Shown piece after piece: positions 9,234 through 18,290 of a stretch of DNA of 32,771 nt (within the stretch, counting starts at the first letter, position 1; each line of letters begins with the position of its first letter). The notes under the pieces are model-generated. The model made no database searches. It saw nothing but the letters and a program-made list of their open reading frames with translations, and was not told the DNA's origin. Position numbers and translations under genes: made by a program. Source of the DNA: a virus (lineage: Duplodnaviria > Caudoviricetes); IMG/VR virus record IMGVR_UViG_3300044674_004181, positions 1-32,771 of that record; one strand, written 5' to 3'.

Positions 9234-11353
9234 TGGTTCATACTTTTCAAAACGTTAACTTTGAGCTTGGGTCAATTGACCCTATGAACCCTCCATACTG
9301 GACGGCTAGCTTTACATATACGTTTGAAGAGATTTCTGCTTTTAACAGTCAAATTGCTTTTCCTTCCACCGCGTATGAGTCCTTTGAGCTTGGGTATACT
9401 CAGGGTTTAGTAACGTCCCCCCAGCCTAGCTGGTCTCTCACCTCTGGAGAGACAATAAATTATAAGGTCAACGGGGGAGCAATCCAGACCTACGTTGTAC
9501 CTGCAGGCATCCCCCCACAGCCAACCGCGACGGGTCTTGCTGCGTCTATAACTACACTTGCTCCTTTGCTGGAAGCTTACGCCTCCGGTGATAACGTTTA
9601 CATAGTACTTGAGACCAATAGTCAGGGAGCAACCTTAGAAATATTAGCCACATCGACGGCGACCTCACTAGCCCTGTCTCCCGGGGTTTACCTCCAAGAG
9701 GATAACTCCTTCTTCCTGTATAGCTTCTCCTCCCTAGACACGCAAGCCTCTTCTTTTTCTTCTGGAGCATACCAGGATTCTAAAGAGGCGTTCTCGGCTC
9801 AGTGGTCTGAGCTGTCGGCGGATTTTGTTACTCCTCTTAGTGAGTCCTTTATTTTTTCTGGGGGAGAGACTCTAGAGCTTACAGTTGATGACTTTACCTT
9901 AGTTGCCCCTCCTACATACACTGTTACATTTACTGCTGGTACAAAAACCGCCCAAGATGTAGCGGATGAGGTGAACGCTGTAAGTTCTCCTGCCGTGGTT
10001 TCGTCTGCACTACCAAGCGGGCAGGTTAAACTATCTTGTCCAGGAGACTACAGAAAGTCCCTAAGAGTAGGAGGGACTTCAACCTCTATCCTAGGTCTGG
10101 ATGCTGTATCCCCGAACCCCGTAGTAGTAAAGGGAACAGAGGACTTTACTTTAGAGCTACTCACCACTAACTCAGCTTTATTTTCAGCGTTTGAAGGCGG
10201 GGCGCCCACAAGTAACCCATACGAGGACTTCGAGAGCGAGTGGCCGGACAATCAGGACTACATGTACGTCCTAACAACAAGGACTATAACGTACAATACT
10301 GTAGATCCTTACCAAACTTATAATGCTACTGTTAATGGCAGCACTGTTAGTTATGAGGCCGCCGTAGGGGACACTCCTAGTGACGTAGCTTCCGCAATAG
10401 CTTCTAAGATAAATGCCCTGTCTGGTTTCACTTCAACTTCTTCCGTGGGAGAAGTTTCCCTTGCACCAGCAGATGAGAGGAACAGGGTAGACTACTCCGC
10501 AAACGAGCCTCTTAACTCAGACGTCGTGGTAGGCGCCAAGGAGGACTCAGCTAAAATTTCTTTTGCTGTGTTCACTGGAAGTAAGCCTGAGGAAGACTTT
10601 GAAGCACAGTGGCTTAACAACGAAAACGATAAAAGAGTTTTTACTTCTCAAGGGGTAGCGATAGAAGACGCCGTAGCGAGCACGGACTACACGGTGACCA
10701 TAAACGGAGTAAACTTCACGCATACTTCTAATCCTCCCGTGATAATTCCTTCATTTGAAAGACAGGCAATAGCCCAGGCCCTTGCTCTTCTCATTGATGG
10801 CACCGCCGTTCCCGGGGGTGTCCTGGGAACTACATATGTAGCTATGGCCTCAGACTTTAGCATAACAGTCTCTCCTCCGAGCGCAGTTCTTGATATAAGC
10901 GTGGACGGGCCTGACGGGCACATGGTTGTCTTTGCTGGTGACGCCTCAGGTCTTTTGGGGAGAGCGATCTTCGATAACGGGACGGCCTCAGACGAGGAAG
11001 ATTTCATCCTTCCCGTAGACCCCGTTCAGAAGAAGGTAGACTTCCAAAACGCATCAGTGGGTGTGTGGGAAATAAGTACGTTCGGCCAAACCTTCTTTGT
11101 GGATAACACATCTGGAACTTTATCAGTGACAGATATAAGAGACTCTTTTGTAAACCAAATAAGTATTGGGAGCATAGAGCTAGACGCTTTTTCAGAGGCC
11201 AGTGACGTCATGGGACTTCGTAGTTCGCGCGTTCCTCCGGCAAACTTTGAGATTTCCGTGAAGTCACCCAACCCACCTCTGGACTTTACTCTAGAGAACG
11301 CAAACACAGATAAACAATGGGCGTACGACGGGACCCTTACATCACTAATTTAA
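9233..11353 (+). CDS. Repetitive multi-domain baseplate/tail structural protein (706 aa)
   Basis: TAATG-coupled to baseplate J. Acidic and Ser/Thr-rich, with about five repeated beta-domains separated by E[D/S/A]F...W motifs. Confidence 0.7.
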   Translation: MVHTFQNVNFELGSIDPMNPPYWTASFTYTFEEISAFNSQIAFPSTAYESFELGYTQGLVTSPQPSWSLTSGETINYKVNGGAIQTYVVPAGIPPQPTATGLAASITTLAPLLEAYASGDNVYIVLETNSQGATLEILATSTATSLALSPGVYLQEDNSFFLYSFSSLDTQASSFSSGAYQDSKEAFSAQWSELSADFVTPLSESFIFSGGETLELTVDDFTLVAPPTYTVTFTAGTKTAQDVADEVNAVSSPAVVSSALPSGQVKLSCPGDYRKSLRVGGTSTSILGLDAVSPNPVVVKGTEDFTLELLTTNSALFSAFEGGAPTSNPYEDFESEWPDNQDYMYVLTTRTITYNTVDPYQTYNATVNGSTVSYEAAVGDTPSDVASAIASKINALSGFTSTSSVGEVSLAPADERNRVDYSANEPLNSDVVVGAKEDSAKISFAVFTGSKPEEDFEAQWLNNENDKRVFTSQGVAIEDAVASTDYTVTINGVNFTHTSNPPVIIPSFERQAIAQALALLIDGTAVPGGVLGTTYVAMASDFSITVSPPSAVLDISVDGPDGHMVVFAGDASGLLGRAIFDNGTASDEEDFILPVDPVQKKVDFQNASVGVWEISTFGQTFFVDNTSGTLSVTDIRDSFVNQISIGSIELDAFSEASDVMGLRSSRVPPANFEISVKSPNPPLDFTLENANTDKQWAYDGTLTSLI

Positions 11354-11363
11354 AGGAAGATAT

Positions 11364-12092
11364 ATGGCACAAGCAGATTGGACATTTTTAACAGGCGTAC
11401 TGGCCGCACAAACCGTAGACCGGGGGGTTACTGCCGGAACAACACCTCCTGTCGGGGGCAATAACTTTGTTTATGGCTTCAACAGCTTAGCTATTGGGGT
11501 TGGGGCTGTAGGTTTATTCAATAACCAAGTAAACTTTGCTCCAATGTCTAGTGGCAGCTCCGTGCGTGGCGCCATGAAGAGAGCCCCTTCCGGGGGTTCC
11601 ACCAACTACAGTGTGTTTTTATACACTGCTTGGCAAGGCGCCGCGGTTACTGATGGAGGCTACATGCTAGGGTTACAAGACGACGACCCTTCCTTTATTG
11701 TTCTTAGAAAAACTCAACCTGGGGATGGTATGTCTTCTGGTCTAGTGGCAGGGGACGAGGATCCCTCTGGCGTTGGGATTTTACTAAAAAGCACGGAACC
11801 CGTTGCTATTGACGAGTGGGTACATCTAAGACTAGACGTAGTTGTTAACGGAACGGGGGACGTTCTTCTAAACGTCTTTAGAAATAACTCAGGGGACGTT
11901 TCCACCCCTCAGTGGGAGACGATCCCCGGAATGACTACTACTGCTAACCCTAACGGCTTCTTTGATGACACCCTGGGGGTTAACTCAGGAAGCGCCCCCT
12001 ACACTTCTGGGAGGGCCGGCTTTGGTTTCCAGACAACTGACGTAACCCGTAGAGCTTTTGTTGACTACCTAGAAGTATTTAGGCAAGTATAG
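11364..12092 (+). CDS. Putative tail/baseplate structural protein, beta-sandwich (lectin/ConA-like)
   Basis: AAGGAAG RBS. 'DEWVHLRLDV' and 'SGRAGFGF...AFVDYLEV' resemble ConA-like beta-sandwich ends. Confidence 0.65.
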   Translation: MAQADWTFLTGVLAAQTVDRGVTAGTTPPVGGNNFVYGFNSLAIGVGAVGLFNNQVNFAPMSSGSSVRGAMKRAPSGGSTNYSVFLYTAWQGAAVTDGGYMLGLQDDDPSFIVLRKTQPGDGMSSGLVAGDEDPSGVGILLKSTEPVAIDEWVHLRLDVVVNGTGDVLLNVFRNNSGDVSTPQWETIPGMTTTANPNGFFDDTLGVNSGSAPYTSGRAGFGFQTTDVTRRAFVDYLEVFRQV

Positions 12093-12101
12093 GATAAATA
12101 A

Positions 12102-12797
12102 ATGGCTAATACAGTAAACCAAGTAGACTTTGTCACTAAAACACTGGCCTCCCTTCTAGCCCAGGCTATCACCGGAGCCTCCACCTACGCGGACTCTCTG
12201 CAAAGTAAGAAGGACAATGCTATAGGGTTTGCTCCCGCTGCGGCGGCAGACTACGCGGCGTCACACGTGGCCGAGACACAAGATATCCACGACGACATGT
12301 TTTTAGCTGTATATAACGCTCTTACAGGTATGCAGCAAATACTTGCCCTAGATGTGGCTTCTCATATAACTTTAGATCCTTCTGCCCCCATAACAACTAC
12401 TACGCCTTTAGAGGTTCGTCCGTCACCCGCCTCCCCCACCTTTCAAGAGGTACACGCACTAGACCCAACAACGCCAGACGCCCTGTGCACGAAAAGGTAT
12501 GTAGATTTTACGTGGGACGGCACTATTCACGTAGCCGCTTTTTCGGCGTCCAACAGAGAAGCCCACCGCTATGACCCATCAGGGGGATCTTTTACTATAT
12601 CTCTGCCTGCCGCACCTGCCAACGGTGACACAGTCCTTCTAAAGAATGTAACAACAGACACTACGGCGGTAACTATAAACGGGGGAACTATAGAGGACCC
12701 GGCTAACCCGGGGTCTACCGCGGTCTCCGTGTCTGCCTCCGGAGCAGGACTAAAGTTGCGGTACTCCTATGACGGCGCACAGTGGTTACTAGTCTAG
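12102..12797 (+). CDS. Putative short fibre/baseplate protein with a T4 gp9/gp10-like C-terminal domain
   Basis: 'DPSGGSFTISLPAAPANGDTVLLKN...LRYSYDGAQWLLV' resembles the gp9/gp10-type domain. 'ALCTKRYVD' resembles the fibre 'ATK.YVD' motif. Confidence 0.6.
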   Translation: MANTVNQVDFVTKTLASLLAQAITGASTYADSLQSKKDNAIGFAPAAAADYAASHVAETQDIHDDMFLAVYNALTGMQQILALDVASHITLDPSAPITTTTPLEVRPSPASPTFQEVHALDPTTPDALCTKRYVDFTWDGTIHVAAFSASNREAHRYDPSGGSFTISLPAAPANGDTVLLKNVTTDTTAVTINGGTIEDPANPGSTAVSVSASGAGLKLRYSYDGAQWLLV

Positions 12798-12801
12798 ACC
12801 G

Positions 12802-15054
12802 ATGCCCTTTTACGCAAAAACATCTTTTTACGGAACACTAAGTCCATACGGGGCTTACTCTGCTATTGCGTCTACAGACTTCTTAAACCCCTTTAACGCG
12901 GACCAGGGTGAATGTCAGGGGCGCCTTGACCCAGCCAACTACCTCCCAGAATACTCCGACTACGCTTACGTTTTGGGGACGGACTGTCCTCCTAAGAAGT
13001 ACAAGCTGAATGCAGGGGACAATGTAGAGGTTCTCCAAAATGGCGACTTCGATGTAACTAAGACTCTTTTTGCAAAAGCTTTTGTTAGACTTCCTAAGGA
13101 AGACCTCTTAGCTGGATGGTATTGGGACATTTCTTTTGGGGTAGATGGCACTTACCACGATCCAGTAATACTGCCGAGGACAAGCGTATCTCCTAATGAC
13201 GGAGTTATATACTTCAGCAATGTGGGGCTTCCAGTATCTCAGGTTTCCGCGGGCGCACATGACTTAAAAGTGCGCTTACGGTTACAGGCTACAGCAGCTA
13301 GTGTTACCGGCTCATCCCTTTTCCCCGTAGACTTTGCTGGGTTAGACAGAACCCTAATCATAACCGTAGACGGGGGTTCTCCTCAAACAATAAACATACC
13401 ATCAGCCGATGTTACCCCGGGAGCAGCAACTGCGCAAGAGGTAGCGGATATAGTAAATGAGAGTATTGTGGGAGGCTTCGCTAGAAGTGCCGCGGGCGAG
13501 CTGTTAATAGGCAGCCTGACCGAGGGGAGTGGCTCTTCTATTGCTATTACAGGAACTTTGGTAGGCTTAGTCGGAGCATTTGTAGCTATTCCCGTTGGGG
13601 GTTGGACGTCCCCCTCAGACGCTGTTGACATAGAGGTACCCTCTGTCTACTTAGACAGCTTTGTTTTTGACGAGACCAGCCAACTCGTTCTATTTAATCA
13701 GTTTCCTCAGCCAGGAGACTTTGATGTAGACGCCGGCATACTAGACCTAAAGTTTGAGCTAGCTCCCACTGACGGTTCCTCTGTCAGCACGGCCGACACC
13801 GTAGTAAAGGTAGATGGAGCCACCGTGTATGACGGAGGGTCAGGAGGGTTTCAGCCCGGTTTTTCTGGAACGGTTGTATCTTCTTCTTTTGGCTCTACTA
13901 TATTTACAGTAAGCGTCCTGCCCTTTAGCTTTGAGTCTGAGCAAGATGTGGTTGTAGAGGTTGACTCTGAGTCTCTGGGAGGGCAAACACTAAGCACGTC
14001 TTATGTCTTTACTATAGAAGACACAGAGCCTGCCTACATTGAAGACGTTTGCCCTATCTCCAAAACACAGGTCAGAGTGCGCTTTTCCGAGAAGGTCGTG
14101 TCATCCTCCAGCCTGGAATCTAATGACGCACTTAACCCCTCTAACTATACATTTACGCCAGTAACCTTCCCTGCTTACGCAGTCACAGCTTCTTCTGTAG
14201 AGAAGGTTGCCCCGGTAGCGGGTTTAGTTGATGAAGACACAGTTTTCATAGTTACCCTTAACCAAGAGACTACTAAAGACGCTGGTTACAACTTAGAGGT
14301 TTTCAACGTAGAGGATGAGGACGGAAATGCTGTTGAGGCTCCTCTTAGCATGTACACGTTTATAGCTAAGTGGCCTGAGACCGCGAGCAACAGAGACTTT
14401 GCTCTTTGGTCAATGATTCCTCAAATGAATAAAAATGAGGATAGCACGGGTGACCTGTACAACTTCATAGCTTGCCTGCAGGACAGCTTGGACGTTGCCC
14501 TTTGTAGCATTGATGAGTGGATCAAAATAATAGATCCTGACAATGCTCCTATACGGTTCGTTGACCAGATGCTTATAGACTTGGGTAACCCCTTTGAGTG
14601 CCCTCTGACGGATATAGAGAAGAGAAAGTTAGTAAAGTTACTAATACCTATATATCTACAAAAGGGTACGTGCAACGGTATTGTCAATGTTGTTAGGTTT
14701 TTGCTAAATCTGGAGGGCATTGACTGCGACGAATACAATTGCACGGAAGAGCCAGACGAGACCACCACTTGTGTCTGGACGCTAGGGGAGTCTTTCCTCC
14801 CCGACGACGCAAGTCCCGACGATGGCGACACTATTCTAGGGACTTCGGTGCCGTATTTGCTTTACTCCTTCAAGATAAAAAGTGATACAATACTAACAGA
14901 GGATCAACGTAACAAGATAAAGATTATTGTAGACTACATGAAACCAGCGCACACGCACTGCCTGGGAATAGTAGACCCAAGCACACCAGAGGATGAGATT
15001 GATCACCTTGAGCTTGGTCTTTCGCAATTGGGTGTGAACTGGACACTACACTAA
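12802..15054 (+). CDS. Phage tail protein I (gpI / gp7-like) with long N-terminal Ig-like extension
   Basis: C-terminal 'IDPDNAP..FVDQML.DLG', 'IYLQKGT..GI...VRF' and 'IVDYMKPAHTH' are Tail_P2_I-like motifs. The N-terminal about 520 aa consist of beta-rich domains. Confidence 0.8.
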   Translation: MPFYAKTSFYGTLSPYGAYSAIASTDFLNPFNADQGECQGRLDPANYLPEYSDYAYVLGTDCPPKKYKLNAGDNVEVLQNGDFDVTKTLFAKAFVRLPKEDLLAGWYWDISFGVDGTYHDPVILPRTSVSPNDGVIYFSNVGLPVSQVSAGAHDLKVRLRLQATAASVTGSSLFPVDFAGLDRTLIITVDGGSPQTINIPSADVTPGAATAQEVADIVNESIVGGFARSAAGELLIGSLTEGSGSSIAITGTLVGLVGAFVAIPVGGWTSPSDAVDIEVPSVYLDSFVFDETSQLVLFNQFPQPGDFDVDAGILDLKFELAPTDGSSVSTADTVVKVDGATVYDGGSGGFQPGFSGTVVSSSFGSTIFTVSVLPFSFESEQDVVVEVDSESLGGQTLSTSYVFTIEDTEPAYIEDVCPISKTQVRVRFSEKVVSSSSLESNDALNPSNYTFTPVTFPAYAVTASSVEKVAPVAGLVDEDTVFIVTLNQETTKDAGYNLEVFNVEDEDGNAVEAPLSMYTFIAKWPETASNRDFALWSMIPQMNKNEDSTGDLYNFIACLQDSLDVALCSIDEWIKIIDPDNAPIRFVDQMLIDLGNPFECPLTDIEKRKLVKLLIPIYLQKGTCNGIVNVVRFLLNLEGIDCDEYNCTEEPDETTTCVWTLGESFLPDDASPDDGDTILGTSVPYLLYSFKIKSDTILTEDQRNKIKIIVDYMKPAHTHCLGIVDPSTPEDEIDHLELGLSQLGVNWTLH

Positions 15055-15067
15055 AGCAGGAAAATAA

Positions 15068-17194
15068 ATGGACAGAAGAGATTTCTATTTCAGACAAAAA
15101 GTAACAGAGTCGGAGCTTGACGGAGCTTTTACCGCGGCCGAGAACGCGGACTTTGACCAGTTCATTGACGCGGGTCTCTCGGGGGTGGCGGCAGGTCTTA
15201 CCTTGGCTCCGGACTCTCCGGTCTCAAATACTCAAGTTGCCCTAACCCTAGGGACAGCCTACAACGACCTAGGCCAAAGGATTAGGGTTTCCTCGGATAT
15301 CACTGTTGATCTCAGCGGTGTTTCCGTAGTGACACCAGGAAATTGTGTTCCTGCTGGTATCTTTGTGAAGTTTGACAGAAGCCTCTCCGACCCAAGAACG
15401 GACGGTAATGGCGTTACCGTAGACTTTCAGCGCAATGAAAGCTATACAGTTGAGGTTGTTGCCGGGGCAGAAGTAGTAGACCCCGGTTCGGGGAACTACA
15501 CGGAGTCTTTCCTTAATACTAATGGCGCTGTTATAACTGGTGACAACACTAGGATTTTTGTTGGGGACGTAATTGTAAGAAATGCCGCTGGTCCTTTAGA
15601 CGCAAACTACATCTTAGACACGCGCAAGCAGTGGGCTTTTAAGTTTACGTCAGGAGCATACTCTGTAGGTGTAGGCACCGCGGAGGAGTCAGACGCCCTT
15701 ATCCTAGACACCTTTAATACTTTTGTAGCGGGAATAGACACGGCTGACGTGTCTCACGCCCCCGCTATGGTCTTTACTCCGTGGGTGAACTATAAGGCCA
15801 GTACTACGGCAAAGGAAGCGCTAGATGGTATAGTTTTTGACCTACAGGCCACTGGCGCGTCTGTGGCCGACTCGGGATCCTCCTGCGTGGCCTATGACCC
15901 CGCCAATGTCCCTGCTGCTTTTTCCGGACTAGCAACCGCTAGCAATGTGCAACAGGGGTTTGACCAGATGTCTATGGAACTTGCCGGATCTGGGGGGGCC
16001 TCCATTGTAGGGTTTACCGGGGGAGGACTACCCGCTGGGTGGGGAGCAACCAGCACAGCTACGGAAGTGCAGTCAGCCCTTAGCGGTATCGTCACCGACT
16101 TAGGCACTGCCATAAGTGGGGCTAATAACGGAGCGTTGCTTATAGGCTGGATGCCTAGCCTTCCCGCGGTGGACCTTGGCGGGGTGACAGATGTGGCCTT
16201 GGCACTAACAGGCTTAGACGTTAATAAAGCCTCAACAGCCCAGCCCGTGACCTGGGGCTTCGCTCAGACATTTAACGAAATTGTAACTATCAATGACGAG
16301 CTTGACGTAAACGCCGGGGCAGATCCAGTAAACATTGATTCTAACGTTGGCATTAGTCTAGACGCGGGGTCTGCTTCTAACTTTACAGTAGATGGGGCAA
16401 ACCTAATCCTAGAGACAACAACGTCTGGTAGCGTACAAGTTCTTAGTGCCCAGACTGTCCAAGTACAAGCGGGAGCCACAGTTGACGTCGATGCCACCAC
16501 GAGCATCGACATAGACACAAGTGCGCTTACTGTAGATGCTAGTGGAGGCGCAACATATACCTCTGTAAGTTCTGGCACCTCAGTGCGTAGCCTTATCTCT
16601 GGAGATGTCAATGTTACTGCCGCTGATGCTGTAAACATTATGGGCGGAGGTGACACGGGACAGGGTGTAACAATAACTAACGCCCCCAGCACGACCAACG
16701 GGGAAGCCACAATTAACATAGTTGGCCAGGATAACAACTCCACGTCCATTAACTCTAATGGTGGCACGGTAACAGTTTCTGGAGGAAACCACACAGGAGC
16801 CGGAAGTGCTACGGGCCAGGATGGCGGGGATATTACCCTCACGGGAGGAGACACCAACAGCACCTCCGCTTTCTCAAGGGGAGGCAACGTCGTACTGACC
16901 CCGGGCTCTGGTACGGGTGGCTCAGTTGATGGAGAAATCGTTCTGGAAGGAAAGTTAAGCACAACGGCGTCGTTAGACCCGTCAATGCAGTTCGGTGGTG
17001 ATGGAGGAACGACAGGGGTGAAGAACGTAACATTTGATACACCCTTCACAGCAGCCCCTTCTGTTGTTGTACTAACGTTTCAGGCTGATGTTGGTAGTTT
17101 CTGGGTAACTAATATAACAACAACGGGCTTTACCGCCAACTACACACTAACACCAGGCGGGACACAGCTCTTTAACTATATAGCAATCTTGTAA
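15068..17194 (+). CDS. Tail fibre / receptor-binding protein
   Basis: Follows gpI. N-terminal baseplate-attachment region, helical 'VQ.AL..L...GA..VG' repeats, Gly-rich beta repeats, and a C-terminal 'VTFDTPFTAAPSVVV...VTNITTTGFT...FNYIAI' (H-lectin/gp53-like tip). Confidence 0.8.
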   Translation: MDRRDFYFRQKVTESELDGAFTAAENADFDQFIDAGLSGVAAGLTLAPDSPVSNTQVALTLGTAYNDLGQRIRVSSDITVDLSGVSVVTPGNCVPAGIFVKFDRSLSDPRTDGNGVTVDFQRNESYTVEVVAGAEVVDPGSGNYTESFLNTNGAVITGDNTRIFVGDVIVRNAAGPLDANYILDTRKQWAFKFTSGAYSVGVGTAEESDALILDTFNTFVAGIDTADVSHAPAMVFTPWVNYKASTTAKEALDGIVFDLQATGASVADSGSSCVAYDPANVPAAFSGLATASNVQQGFDQMSMELAGSGGASIVGFTGGGLPAGWGATSTATEVQSALSGIVTDLGTAISGANNGALLIGWMPSLPAVDLGGVTDVALALTGLDVNKASTAQPVTWGFAQTFNEIVTINDELDVNAGADPVNIDSNVGISLDAGSASNFTVDGANLILETTTSGSVQVLSAQTVQVQAGATVDVDATTSIDIDTSALTVDASGGATYTSVSSGTSVRSLISGDVNVTAADAVNIMGGGDTGQGVTITNAPSTTNGEATINIVGQDNNSTSINSNGGTVTVSGGNHTGAGSATGQDGGDITLTGGDTNSTSAFSRGGNVVLTPGSGTGGSVDGEIVLEGKLSTTASLDPSMQFGGDGGTTGVKNVTFDTPFTAAPSVVVLTFQADVGSFWVTNITTTGFTANYTLTPGGTQLFNYIAIL

Positions 17195-17195
17195 A

Positions 17196-17708
17196 ATGCT
17201 TGAGCAACTAGAGAAAACTCCAGACCCCGACTACCCGGGACTAAGCGGTGTATTCGTCCGGGATCTGTCTGATAGGATGGCTCAGATAGAGGGTAAAAGC
17301 CGCAAGGTGTGTGACGAGCACGTTATGACAGAAAAGAAGCTAAAGAAGCTAGGAATATTAGTTGGTATTATAGCCACGGTTGGCCCTACTCTGGTAGCTT
17401 CCTCTGTTTGGGCCTTTACTAAAGCTGGAGACATGAGGCAAGAAGCTTTAGAAAAACAGCAGACTAAACAGAGGATGGAGCACCTTAGTGGGCGACTCGA
17501 TTCCTTTGAGATAAAGACAGACCACGACCTCTACAACATTAAAGAAAATCTAGTAGAGCAGCAGATCCTTATCGTTGACTCCGTTGACCACATCACAAAA
17601 AAGATAGACTCCCTAGGGGCGGCTAGTACCCAGGTAGAGGAGCCCAAGTCCCTAACACGCGCTCGGGAAGAAACTAAGAGAGAAAAAGCAAGAAAGTTTT
17701 TAGACTAA
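17196..17708 (+). CDS. Single-pass membrane protein with coiled coil (possible lysis accessory)
   Basis: Hydrophobic segment 'LGILVGIIATVGPTLVASSVWAF' followed by a charged heptad region. Located at the end of the tail operon. Confidence 0.6.
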   Translation: MLEQLEKTPDPDYPGLSGVFVRDLSDRMAQIEGKSRKVCDEHVMTEKKLKKLGILVGIIATVGPTLVASSVWAFTKAGDMRQEALEKQQTKQRMEHLSGRLDSFEIKTDHDLYNIKENLVEQQILIVDSVDHITKKIDSLGAASTQVEEPKSLTRAREETKREKARKFLD

Positions 17709-18184
17709 TGGAAGACTACACACAACAACTTTTTGAACTAAGCCTGGTTGTTCTATCAGGCGTTGTCACGTTTATTATAATTCCACTTATAAAAAGAGGT
17801 GGAGAGTACTTTGTACAAGTTCTTGAAGCTAAAGCACACTCCGCTCGTTTTAGCTGTGCCACGGATAAGTTAGTAGACCTTACTATCGAGGCAGTGTCCC
17901 ACGTGGAGGCTACCTTTGTGCGTAAGATGAAGGTCCAGGGCAAGTGGGATAACTCGGCTGCAGGAATTGCTAAGGAAAGCGCCAAAGACCTAGTTCTATC
18001 CAATCTTGGGAAGAAAGGACTAAAGGAGGTCATGGGCTGCCTAGACGCGACCGAAGCAGAGGTTATGAGCCGCATCCTCACCCTAGTGGAGGTAGCGAGC
18101 GAGCGCCAAAAGGCTGCTGAAGCAAAAGTGTATCCAGAAGAAAAGAAGGAAGAAAAGAAGGAAGAAGAGGTAAGTCCTCAGTGA
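17708..18184 (+). CDS. Putative holin (LL-H-like)
   Basis: N-terminal TM 'LFELSLVVLSGVVTFIIIPLI', then 'EAVSHVEATFVRKMKVQGKWD...AKE.A' resembling LL-H-type holins, and a highly charged C-terminus. Confidence 0.6.
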   Translation: MEDYTQQLFELSLVVLSGVVTFIIIPLIKRGGEYFVQVLEAKAHSARFSCATDKLVDLTIEAVSHVEATFVRKMKVQGKWDNSAAGIAKESAKDLVLSNLGKKGLKEVMGCLDATEAEVMSRILTLVEVASERQKAAEAKVYPEEKKEEKKEEEVSPQ

Positions 18185-18257
18185 AGTAGGCGCGTGATCC
18201 TCCCGCATTAAATAGGTGCCAAAAACCCCAAGCACCCGCGCTGAAAAGCCTAGAGGC

Positions 18258-18290
18258 AAGCCGCCCCACGGACGGGGCGGCTTTTGTTTT
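18258..18290 (+). terminator. Rho-independent terminator of the tail operon
   Basis: AAGCCGCCCC (18258-18267), loop ACGGAC, GGGGCGGCTT (18274-18283), then TTGTTTT. Sits at the convergence with phoH. Confidence 0.85.

Noticed and set aside
18137-18170. GAAGAAAAGAAG tandem repeat
   Set aside because: It encodes the EEKKEEKKEEE charged tail of the holin-like protein; not a CRISPR or regulatory repeat.
15068-18290. Diversity-generating retroelement or invertible cassette at the tail fibre tip
   Set aside because: No reverse transcriptase, invertase, template repeat or inverted repeat was seen in the window.
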